64,000 nucleotides of DNA from Amoeboaphelidium protococcarum X5 (taxonomy: Eukaryota; Fungi; Aphelidiomycota), in NCBI GenBank assembly GCA_023515725.1, contig JALDTO010000207.1, forward strand, positions 83,572 to 147,571, in the 5' to 3' direction. Position 1 is the stretch's first letter; each line of letters begins with the position of its first letter. Below, piece after piece: positions 39,290-50,512 of the stretch. The notes beneath the pieces were generated by a model that was not told the origin of the DNA, searched no databases, and saw only the letters and a program-made list of their open reading frames with translations. Made by a program: the position numbers and the translations under genes.

Positions 39290-39829
39290 TCACATGGTCC
39301 TTAGTCTCTTTTTCTCCTTCGCATAGTGCTCTATTGCTTTCTCTCTCGACTCAATCAAGTACCGCTCCCTTATCCCAGTAAAAATTGTTCCCAAAAGGCG
39401 ATTTGTTAATGCATCTTGCACACCAAAATGTCTTCGCGCGAAAGCGATTACAGCAACTTCTAAAGCATCTCTTCAATATTAAGAAGCAATGTCATCAGCC
39501 ACACACCAATGATACTTTGGTTCACCCAGATTCGTGATATAGGATTGCAAGGGGTATTTACGTTGATACGCATTTACAGTCTGGCCAATATAAACTTTAA
39601 CATCATCATAATTTACAAAATCACATAAATTTCTTCCTTGATGAGTAGTCCAAATCTTGATGTAGGCGCAGTTCGTGGTCGCCGAGAAGCGATTATTGAT
39701 TGGTTTCAAAGGGCCGCTAACAGGACGTAGGCTATCAAAATCGATTATTTCTCGTAATTTTGTGAGCCCATCCATGAAGAACACGCGGTCAATCATATAG
39801 TGGGCACAGTAGATGTCAAACTAGTTCAT
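39290..39829 (-). pseudogene. GIY-YIG-like nuclease ORF with an in-frame TGA at 39473-39475
   Basis: CAYI...VYIGQTVNAYQR, then after the TGA RDALEVAVI...LTNR. This resembles the GIY-YIG Y/YIG/R/E/N layout, and the frame continues to TGA39290. Confidence 0.45.
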
Positions 39830-40521
39830 TTGGAGCTGTAATCAAAAGAGTTTTAGTTTGATGTATTGTAAGGTAATATAACTCTCAACTGTGAATGGCC
39901 TTAAAATGTAACATGTTGAAAACGCATAGTCATCAATTAGTGTGTTGCGATGCGTTTATTAATAGCACTGGAGTTCGCCAACAGCGGAGCTTGTAGCTTG
40001 TAGCTTTTGCTCAGCTCGGCTAGCTGTTTCTAATAAACGGTATCAATTGCACGTGTATATAGTGGGAAAAAAACAAAGTAAAATAACAACACCAAGCATA
40101 TAAAGAAAGAAATCATAATTTCAGCTAATTTTATGAGTGAAGCCTTTGCAAGCAGTTAAAAATACTGACCAAATAAATATACAGGGACAACAAATAATCA
40201 AATACTTTTCAAAATCAAAACGTAAAAAACATTGCAATTTGCTTGATGCACAGGCATAACATATTGGATAGGTACCTTATTTTTGTTTAGAGAGCTGCTC
40301 TGCCAATTTATCGCCCGGCGAGACTTTTGTCGTTTCTCGAGAAGAGGCGCGACGAAAGCTTGGCAGCAGGACCTTGGAAGGAGTTGAACCCATCCGCTCT
40401 TGTAATCATATTAGAGAACCATGTCTTCCAACAACAACAAAAAAAAACTTCTTGTTGACCTAACTTAACTTTAGATGATTATATAGAACCAAGTATGTAG
40501 TCAAAAAAGCAAAAAGAATTG

Positions 40522-40594
40522 GAGCGCCTAGTGGATTCGAACCAATGACCTTCGGATTATGAGACCGACGCCCTAGCCGCTGGGCGAAGGCGCT
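40522..40594 (-). tRNA. tRNA-Met (CAT), elongator-type anticodon and T arms
   Basis: Cloverleaf AGCGCCT-TC-GCCC..GGGC-G-TCGGT CTCATAA TCCGA-AGGTC-ATTGG TTCGAAT CCACT-AGGCGCT, with a B-box and a downstream T5/T6 Pol III terminator (plus-strand A runs 40503-40515). Confidence 0.9.
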
Positions 40595-40608
40595 GAGTAA
40601 ATACTGAA

Positions 40609-40845
40609 TGTTACAGTCGTGCAGACTGATCAATGATCTTTGCCTATTGTGGCTGAGCAACGTTCCCACGCCTCCTCAAGATTATACAATCAAGTTCTCA
40701 CGATAGATGAGATCCATCTCTTTTGATCATCGTGTTAATATAGTATTCAACTTATTTACACGTTTTTACCTTGCTTGTCTGGTTAGATCCTGTATAGTCA
40801 GTCTAAGTTCCCCTGTCTAGTATATCAAGTAGTCCCGATCTAACA
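40609..40845 (+). repeat. 5' LTR
   Basis: Identical by eye to 45535-45771. Confidence 0.97.
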
Positions 40846-40846
40846 C

Positions 40847-40856
40847 TTAACACGAT
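40847..40856 (+). other. Self-priming primer-binding site
   Basis: TTAACACGAT is the reverse complement of ATCGTGTTAA in the LTR (40729-40738). No TGG-type tRNA PBS is present. Confidence 0.7.
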
Positions 40857-40867
40857 CCATAAGTATC

Positions 40868-41839
40868 ATGTCTGACTTCCGTGCCACAACACCTGAAGGT
40901 GTAAATGCCGAAATGTTGCATGCGTTGCATAATGCTCAGGTTCACAACGAGTAGTTATAACAATAGATTGCTGCATATGAAAATTAGCGTTTGTCCACTC
41001 CAGCCCAAGTTCCAGTGTCAGTAGAGTAAAATTCAGTCATCTTGCCTTCCAAGTACAATGGTGAGCGTGAACTGTTCCGTGGGTTCAGAAATTAGTTAAC
41101 CATCCTGTTTAAAATCCATCCTTAAAGGTACAAGAGCGACGAGATTAAAATTATGACCGTCATATCTTTGCTGTCCGGTAATGCCTTGTAATGGGTCAAT
41201 CCAATACTAGAACATCCGAGTAAATATCCAGATACTTTGGCCAATTATGACAGGTTTATGAGCGCGTTAGCTGCTGCATTCTAGCCTATTGAGCAAATGG
41301 CAATTGCTGGGAATCGAATTAAGCTATTGAAGCAACTGAAGAAGACTGCATCTGTATACTCTACTGAATTTTTAAGTCTTGCTTCCGACTTAGATTGGAA
41401 TGATTCTGCACTAATGTTCTAGTACAAGGATGGGTTATCTTATCAGGTTAAGAAGATGTTATTAGGATACCCAGAACCAAGCAAATTGCAAGAGTTGATA
41501 GACTTATCCATCAGATGTGACTAACGTCTGTCTTTGTTTCATGCTGCAAATGGCAGAGTTGTCAATAATCAATTATTCCAGAATATCGCTAATAATCGCA
41601 TTCCGTAATTTGGTCCTGCTAATAATCATCAAGTTGTTCCAGCTGCAGTTCCAGTCAACAATCCAGATGCTATGGAGATAGATCAAATTCAACGTGGTAG
41701 ATTGTCGCCAGAAGAGAGAGCCCGTAGAATCGCCAATAATTTGTGCATCGTCTGTGGTTAGACTGGTCATTGGAGACGTGACTGCCCATTAGCTGTTCGT
41801 AACCGTCCAGCGCGCCGTGCATAAGTCAATGAGCAATGA
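40868..41839 (+). CDS. gag: Retrotransposon Gag (323 aa) with CCHC knuckle
   Basis: LPSKYNGER, LSGNALQW, LDWNDSALMFQYKDGL, AMEID, CIVCGQTGHWRRDC; ends at TGA41837. Confidence 0.93.
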
Positions 41840-44800
41840 CAGTTAGTTAATGAAGATGATAATGGTATTGAAGTAATATTGAATCTGAACTCAATTTCAT
41901 CTTGCAAAATTCAACTTAACAGTACAATCCTTATTGGCACATAATCAATCAAGGCTATACTTCTACTGGATTGTGGTGCTGATGTCTGTTTCGTCAGCCA
42001 GAAGTTGGTGGATACTTACAAGATTCCAGTGGTTCAATTGAAGTAGTCCATTACTGTCAAGTTTGCCGATGGCAACGAGGATCATTGCACCAAGATTATC
42101 CATCAAACTACACCCTTATAGTTGCATATTGGTGAACATATTGAAACGATTACCTTCCTGGTGACTTAATTGTCATAAGATATCATTCTTGGCATGTCTT
42201 GGCTGAAGCAACATAATCCGCTGATTGATTGGATCTAAGAGAAGGTAACATTTAACTCTGATTTCTGCGTTATCAACTGCGTTGTTCATGAAACTTCTGT
42301 CTATAGTAATGCTTAGTCCTCTTCTAGTGTCAGATTGGAATAAGAGTCTTTAAAATAACCTGCTCCAAAGGTCTCTTTCAATCTGAATTCTATGGTCTAA
42401 TCCAATAATATAGAGATGGCAGACAGTCATCTTGCCATCTTATCTAATGTTGATTCATCTACACAAACAGAATAATAGCTAAAAGAAATTAATTCACCTA
42501 GTTCTGCTTCTTCAGCTACTGCAGTTAAAGTTTCTACTGAGATTCAAGTGGATGTTTCAGAAATTCAGTCGTTGGTCGAAGAAGAGAAGCGTTCCATTGT
42601 TCTGGAGATTGATGATCTTTACACTCAGATGCGTGATATCTCTGAAGTTCCGAATAATACTGATCATGTTAATTAAGAGTTGCCAAAGTAAATAGCTGAT
42701 TATTAAACTGTGTTTGACAAGAAGATGGCTGATTAATTGCCGCCTCATCGCGCGTCTGATTGTACTATTGATTTAAAGCCTGGCCCTGAACCATTCTTTG
42801 GTAAAGTCTATAGTCTGACTAAAGAGGAAGATTTTGCCTTGAAGGAATGGTTGTAAAGTAATATTGATAAAGGTTTCATTCGTCCAAGTAAAAGTCCATT
42901 TGGTGCACCTTGTTTTTACGTGAAGAAGCCTGACTGGACTGGAGATAAGAAGTTACGTCTGTGTATGGACTATCGTGCATTAAATAAGAATACAATTAAG
43001 AATAAGAATCCAATGCCTTTAGTATCTGATATATTTAGAACGCTGCAAAAAGCTAAGATGTTTACTACTTTGGATTTGGTTGGTGCATACAATTTATTGA
43101 GAATAAAGGAAGGCCATGAATTTAAGAGTGCATTTCGAACTAAGTATGGTTCATATGAGTTTTTGGTTATGCCTTTTGGACTTGCAAATGCTCCTGCTCA
43201 GTTTCAGACTTTTATGAATGAACTGTTGAAAGACTAGATTGGAAATTTTGTCATTGTGTTCATTGATGACATTATTATCTATTCAGACAATGAAGATGAG
43301 CACTGGTAACACGTCCGTGAAGTTTTGGAGATCTTAAGATAGAATAATCTTTACTGTAATATTGCCAAGTGTCACTTTGCATAGCGAGAATGTAAGTATT
43401 TGGGTTATGTTCTTTCAAAGGATGGGTTGTCAATGGACTTGCGTAAAGTTGAAGCTGTTTTGAAGTGGCCAAATCCAAAGAACGTGAATGAAGTGTAAAT
43501 GCTGCTTGGTTTTCTTAACTTTTACAGAAGACTTATTAAGAACTTTGCTAAATTGACCATGCCATTCACTCTGCTGCTGAAAAAAGATGTTCAATTCTGT
43601 TGGGGAGAAGAGTAGAAGGCTGCATTAGAGTAGATGAAGAAAGTTTTTGCTGATCCTCAATTTCTCATGCATCCGAATGAAGAGAAGCCATTTATTGTTG
43701 AAACTGACTCGTCTGATTTTGCCATCGCTGGTGTTTTGTCTTAATATGATGAAAATGGTGAATTGCGTCCTGTTGCGTTCTATTCTCGTCAAATGATTCC
43801 TGCTGAGCGTAATTATGAGATTTACGATAAAGAATTGCTAGCTATTCATGAATGCTTTAAAGAATGGAGACACTTTTTGTAAGGTGCTGATCATCAAGTC
43901 ACTGTTTTGTCTGATCACAAGAATCTGCAATACTTTATGGAAACAAAGTAGTTAACGCGTCGTCAAGCTCGTTGGGCTACATTCTTTGCAGAGTTCGACT
44001 TCGTTCTTACATATCGTCCTGGAAATAGAAATGGCAAAGCTGATATACTATCTAGAAGGCCCGACTATTACGTTGAAAATGATAAGGCTAATTTCTTGCG
44101 CATTATTGATCCTAATCAAGTAGTTAACGCGTTATCATTGGCTGTTTTTGGTTCAGTTGATCAAACGGTGACTATTTAAGAAATTGAGACTGTGAATTAA
44201 CTAGATTGGCCTCTTTATGTAAAGAAATGGCTAGTTTCTGGCGAATGGAAAGCAGATTTGCCTGTTGAAGTTTTGTAGTTATGCAAAGATCAAACTAAAC
44301 ATTTCTCTCTTGATGATTCTGGTAATCTCTGCAGAATTGCTGATGATGGAATAACTAAAAGTTGGTATTTACATCCTTCTTCTCGTCTGGAACAATTGGA
44401 AAGACTGCATGATAAGCTTGGTCATTTGAAGAACGACTCAATTGCTGAATTGATTAAGAGAAGATACTGGTGGCCAAAGATGGATCAAGAGATTAAAGAT
44501 TACATTTCTCGTTGTGCATATTGTTAACTTGATAAGTCCTAATCTACTTCTGTGTCATCCACTCCTATTAAACCAGTTCCACCTGTTGCTTTGCCCTTTG
44601 AAAGATGGGGAATTGATTTGGTATAAGATCTGAGTGAGACTAAGTCTGGTAATAAGCACATTATTACTGCAATTGATTATGCTACACGTTGGGTCATTGC
44701 TAAAGCTGTTCCAAATAGAGATGCTAAGACTGTGGCTAATTTTATTTATCATGAGATTGTAATGAATTTTGGCGCTCCTTTTGAAATTATCAGTGATCGT

Positions 44801-45562
44801 GGTAGTTCTTTCTTGGATGAAGGTGTTAAATACTATGAGAAGAAGTGGAACATTAAGCATCTAGCTACTTCTCCTTATCATCCTTAGACCAATGGAATGA
44901 TTGAACGTATGCATGCTATGTTGCGTCATGCTATTGCTACTCTAGCTGCTGGTAATCCTTCTCGTTGGGATGAATATTTGGCAGAAGCTGTATTTGGTAT
45001 TCGCGTCAGAACTCATGCAGTTACTAAGTCATCTCCATTTTATCTCATGTTTGGAGTAAATCCAAGAATTCCTGGTGATACTCACCCACCATTGTCATCT
45101 ATGAAGCCACTGGATGAATTGGAAGAGATTGAAGTAGAAGGTGCAATTATGGCTAGAACCTTCGAAGAAATGGGTAATGCTAGACGCGCTGCTTATGAAC
45201 GCTCGTTGACTCAAGCTGAATTGATGCGTAAAAGATATAATTTGGATCATAATGCTCCTGAGTATTTCTTCAAGGTTGGTGATTGGGTGAAGTTGAAGCA
45301 TTATGGCAAGAGTAAATTTGAGTTCAATTGGAAAGGCCCTTACAGTGTGGTAGATGTTGGGTTTCCTGGTACGTATTGGCTAATGACTCCGGCTGGCTTG
45401 CGTCTTGACTCTGTTGTTAATGAATCTGATTTGGCTCCTTGGCTTTAACCAACTGTTAATAATGAATCCTTCTTCTATGATGGTACTACAAGAAGAACTA
45501 ATGCTTTACGTCAAGGTTTTGGAGAGGGAGATAGTGTTACAGTCGTGCAGACTGATCAATGA
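41840..45562 (+). CDS. pol: Retrotransposon Pol (protease-RT-RNaseH-integrase), same frame as gag; stop codon lies in the 3' LTR
   Basis: [74 protein letters not shown]. No chromodomain. Confidence 0.95.
45521..45534 (+). other. Polypurine tract
   Basis: GGAGAGGGAGATAG immediately before the 3' LTR. Confidence 0.85.
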
Positions 45563-45771
45563 TCTTTGCCTATTGTGGCTGAGCAACGTTCCCACGCCTC
45601 CTCAAGATTATACAATCAAGTTCTCACGATAGATGAGATCCATCTCTTTTGATCATCGTGTTAATATAGTATTCAACTTATTTACACGTTTTTACCTTGC
45701 TTGTCTGGTTAGATCCTGTATAGTCAGTCTAAGTTCCCCTGTCTAGTATATCAAGTAGTCCCGATCTAACA
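45535..45771 (+). repeat. 3' LTR
   Basis: Identical by eye to the 5' LTR. Confidence 0.97.
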
Positions 45772-46720
45772 TGAAAACTGCTCACTATGCTAAATATATA
45801 GCAATTGAACAAAACGCTTGGTAATTTGACACTCTAAAAATGATATCTATTCTCTGCAATAGCATGTCGAGTAGGCTTGTATCATTTGAATTGAAAAAGT
45901 CTTACTTTAATTACGATCTGATCGATGAGAAACCATTTCAGTTCAGTAATATTTTTGTGTTACGAATTCCTTTTTGGTGGCGTGTAGTCAATCTTCCGCG
46001 ATTGTTGATCTATAGAAAGTTCACAATGGCTTTGACACAGTCCACGCAGTTCTCTTAGATGTCTAAATTAATTTTATAAGACTAGACACTTAATAAATGC
46101 CGGTGATCAACAATCGAAATAGCTTGCTAGCTGTATCAACGCAGAACTCTCCATGAGCCTTGAAGGCGGACCCATCGCGTCATGCGAACAGACTTGCAAC
46201 TACTGTGTTAGTCCAGTTTGATGGGCAGATGTGCTGGTGGTTAAATGGCTTATTGCAAAGAACACCATCTTTGTATAGGCAAAATGACTGTCCTTTTGTA
46301 AACTATTCTTCAGTTCAGATATAGTCTGTATCAGGCCCAGTTAACACCACTCTTCCTACTGCTCAGTTAGATTCTGTTGATCCGCCGTAGAAGAAGGCCA
46401 AGGTGGAAGAGGAGTTGGATCGCTTGTCTCAACCAGTTGTAAGTTGAAGAGGTACTCGTTACTGAAAGTTTCGCGAGAGAGTAGAAGCATTGATGGGCGA
46501 AGATAGAACTGTTAAGCAATTGATGTGGATTGGACAAGGGTGATCATCAACACACTCATTAACGGGGATAGTCAATGGTTGCTCCTGTTGGGTATGGCGA
46601 AAGTCAAATATATATCTAAAGATGGAGACAATAATCACGGCTTGTTGCTTGAAAATTCTATTTAAAAGCTGCAGTTAAGTACGTAATATTATTTGCCACA
46701 ATTACTAGAATATAATCAAT

Positions 46721-48178
46721 TCAAACAGATGTAGTATCCGTGCGACTATTATCACGACTCAAAATAACTTCTTCAATGTCAGCACGACAAGATGGGCATG
46801 TTCTGTTGGTCTGCAGCCATTAATCCACACATTCAGCATGATAGTGGTGTCTGCAACCTGGCAAGCGTTTAATCAAATCACCATCTTCATATTCAGCCAA
46901 ACAAATTAAACAATGAGCATCATCCACCTCAATATCATCAATATCAACAATGTCTTTATTCTTGGCGCTATTGGAGCGAGTAAAAAAATTGAATCCTTTA
47001 CCACTTTTCCTCTAAGGATTGTTATTATTATTACCATCCTGACTGTCACTAGCAATTGCATCATTCAACTGTGATAAACTACCAGTCCGTAGAGATTGAT
47101 ACGCATGATACTTCAAAGTGGGAATCTTTTTCAAAACATCAACTGTGGTGCCTTATACTCTGGACGGATTATAATCTCCATTAAAGCCGGCAACTAAATT
47201 TACACCAGTCCATACATAAGTAAGTCTCAAAACAACAAGTACTACAGGCAGACAGAATATTATAGCCAGTATTAGTAGCACCGGGAATAAAATGACAATG
47301 TATCCCACTATAACAAATGATAAACTAGTATAAAACTAATAAGGCGCTGTAACTGAACACGTTTTAACAGACGTGAACACCCACCAGTTACCGAGTAGGA
47401 ACCAAAGCATTCCAATAGTCTCAACAAAGCTCCTTATTCTCTACTACGGAGAATTGGTCACTCTCAGACTATTATTACTATCGCGTACTTCATTCGCTAC
47501 TTGCTCACCGTTATTATTGTATCTATGCCTATCACTACTAGCACTTGTGGGAGATTACAGGGCAGAATCGGGTGAAATGGGAGTGGCGGATAATGATGAT
47601 GTCATCGGTCGCAGATTTGATTGACGTTACGTGGCAGAGCTAGAAGAACCTTATAACTCAGCATGATTATTACTATTATTATTATGACTTATAGAATTAG
47701 TGCGGCTATTATCGCGGGTACTAACGTTGGATCGAGGCATGTCCCTTTGTGATGGCATTATCCTGAGGTAAATCATCAGCGGCAATCGAATGAATATAAG
47801 CACAATAAATCCACCCAAATAAACATCCAAAGGATTCTCGCACTATTCACCATTCTAAATCCCCAGTACCAGCATCGATATTCCCACCGCTACCTCAGCC
47901 AGCAAGAAGAAAGAATGTATCAGTAATAGAATCTTATTCGCCCGGGATATTTACATAAACTGATTAAAGAAGTTTCTCCGCACCTAACCTCGCTCTCGAA
48001 GCCTGGTATTCTATCGCTAAGTCTGCGACTGTGGACTGCCTTACTATTGCTGTGATTACTCCTAGTCCTATTGACTATTTACAGCATTGAGTCGCATTTA
48101 ATCTCCATTAATATTATTACCGTCCATCACTTGGCTTTAAGTCAAAATATTGTTGTCACTATTGTTATTATTATTCAT
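46721..48178 (-). CDS. Multi-TM RING-H2 E3 ubiquitin ligase (485 aa)
   Basis: TM segments (GMLWFLLGNWWVF...IIFCLP) and [42 protein letters not shown]. Confidence 0.88.
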
Positions 48179-48347
48179 TCGACCGACAGTGTTGATTCAC
48201 TGAACGAAACAAAATAGAAACGAAAATCGGCACAAGTCAGAAGGAAAGTCTGCTGAGCGCGTGACACAATTTAACGCAATCACACAAGAGCCATCGATAT
48301 AAGGGAAAAGTATTATTACGAGAGAATAGGGTCAATTTATTAAATCT

Positions 48348-49085
48348 TCAAAATTCAAAAGCAGGAGGAGAAAGGGAGCGCTGTATATCCAATTCTACTT
48401 CATTGAGCATTTTCCACGATTGATAATCGGCGCGCATTATCCGCCTGTCAAAATCCCAATTCTCCCAATCATCCTCAGACATTTCAGAGAGGCCGACCGC
48501 AGACCGATCATACTCCTTCTTATCATACGTGTAATAGACTTGTGCAAATCTTGATATTTTGACCTTGGCTCTCTTATTACTTGAGGCATTTTCAGAAGCT
48601 ACCCGCATAGAGAGGTGTCCATTAGTAGACATTTAAGAGTCTTCACCATCACTGGAATCGCACGAATAATCGGAAGACGCGTATGAATCTGTCATTTTCA
48701 CAACTTGGACTTGAAACTTGGTAGATGATGACATATCCTCATCATTATCATCGATATTAACTCCAGCTTGAACACCATCTTCTGAAAAACTATCTTCTTC
48801 TTCTTCTGATATCAGCTCTGTATCCATGGTGGATCGGCGATGAGTTACCACATCCTAATTGTCCAAATCATCGGCAATGCTCGATAACTAAGACATTGGC
48901 GAATTAGAGATAGCACCAGAGGTTGACACACTGCACTCCAATGTGGACGCAGAGCTTGATATAGAATCATCGCGGACTCTTCCATCCGATCGAGGTAGAT
49001 ATGAAGGATGATCAGTCTTGGTCGCGCTCTAAGCAGAATCAAAATATTACACAAGTTAGTCTTCTTCTTAAATATTGTACTCCAT
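48348..49085 (-). CDS. Acidic Ser-rich protein with Bni4/neurabin-like putative PP1-docking C-terminus (245 aa)
   Basis: ORFs join through TAA. KVKISRFAQVYYTYDKKEYDR resembles the spinophilin/Bni4 V-x-x-TY-x-x-x-x-YDR motif. Confidence 0.6.
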
Positions 49086-49332
49086 ACTGTATTTTTTAAA
49101 TGTATCAATATTTATAAAGCAGTATTTTAGGATAGTAGATTACAAGATAAGAAGGCGGTCGATCAGTTGACCTCAATACTTCAACCTTGATAGCAATGTA
49201 ACACCAATCGAGGAATCTTAGTGGTCAGTCACATTTTACACGCAACGTCGATCACGTTTCTTCATGTCCATTCAAATTTCGGTCTTAATACCAGACTAAG
49301 AGTAGAGGGAATTCAAAGGACATGCAAGACAA

Positions 49333-50142
49333 TCACTTTTTAATAATTTGCTATTTGGTGGAAGATCCCTAAAGTTGTTACATTATTTTCCGCCTCTTTA
49401 GTTCTTTATCAACAAACGCCTGGCGCGACGTGATCCTTTATTATTGATCAGCAGCAGTAATACCAAGAGTCAATTGAGCTCTCTTTCTCGCTTATTACTT
49501 TAACGCATCATCTTTGAAATGAATGCTATCATCAACCCCGACCGTGTTATCTTCTTGAATCTTCTGTCTTAGATGAAGTTTCAAACTCTAATTTACCTCA
49601 AAATGGTCTTGCGATCGCTGGCTCTAAGTCTACAATTTCTCCATAACGTTACTCTACGCAGCACCGCGAATTCTATCAAAATGCAGCAACTCAAGTTTAA
49701 TCATTACGTCGTCCAAATCAATCTACTCATCTTCATAAACGTTAATTAATCTGTGATCACTAGTATCCAGAGCACCAATATTGGATGCCTCATACACTTT
49801 TGTCTTGGCCCTGACACCTTCAACACAGATATACGTGGCATTTTAAGGATCAGTTTAGATGACAATCTACTGCTAACACTCTAGACATTTCATACTAAAC
49901 TGGAATACATCGATACTCAAATACTTTCCACAAGTTCTTTTAATAGAGTTGAATCTAGTGCCTGCAGCAATCATTCTATCACACCCAAAGCAGAACACGT
50001 CGATTGGCATCTCGAATCTCACTTTATCGCTACTACTCTGCTACTTCCCCCGCGCCTACTTTTAGTATGAATTTACATTTTTGTGTTTCCGCGGATCAAA
50101 GTCCGGTGGAAGGTATTTTTACTAAGCTTTTCTCTCAGCCAT
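49333..50142 (-). CDS. CCDC130/YJU2 (Cwf16/Saf4)-family splicing factor (269 aa)
   Basis: MAERKAQQKYLPPDFDP, VRFEMP, CFGC, GTRFN, KCLEC, TDPQN. Confidence 0.88.
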
Positions 50143-50512
50143 ACTATTTACCCGTAGTGTAATAACTACTGCCGCTAACTTGAAACTTGGAAACACGTCG
50201 ATAACTATCTTTCTAACTAACGCGCGGTTTATCAAAAAGTCGCGACCAAGACAGAAGTAGTCAAAGAGACGGAGAGTTAAAGAGATAGAGAGAGAGAGAC
50301 TTTCAAAATCAGTTTCGCCGTTGCAACAGTTCGCGTAGAACTTCTTACGACGCGCTTTTATTCTTCAGTGAGAATAAGGCACGTGTATTGTCTTGTATCT
50401 GACTCTTTTAAAACAAATAAAACGCTTGTTTTCTTTTGCACCGGTAGTGTTTTGCACCTTGCACCCGGAGAAACGCACCGAACTCGCTTTGTTACAATCT
50501 CGACCGTCTCGC

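Larger units (their letters stand above)
40609..45771 (+). mobile_element. Full-length Ty3/gypsy LTR retrotransposon (Tf1/sushi-like), 5163 bp
   Basis: Two identical 237-bp LTRs (TGTTA...TAACA), TSD TGAA (40605-08 and 45772-75), PPT at 45521-45534, and gag-PR-RT-RH-IN domain order. Confidence 0.97.

Noticed and set aside
40846-40865. tRNA-Met-primed PBS using the adjacent tRNA
   Set aside because: No TGG start and no complementarity to the tRNA 3' end; it matches the element's own LTR instead.
41837-41839. Selenocysteine recoding of in-frame TGAs (also 39473)
   Set aside because: Neither TGA lies in a redox motif and no SECIS is evident; readthrough and nonsense mutation respectively explain them better.
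45449-45562. Chromodomain at the integrase C-terminus
   Set aside because: Only a short tail follows the GPY module, with no aromatic-cage pattern.
45840-46700. Possible gene right of the 3' LTR (fragments such as PPQKKAKVEEE)
   Set aside because: Frames are interrupted by TGA and no family is recognisable; at most a decayed relic.
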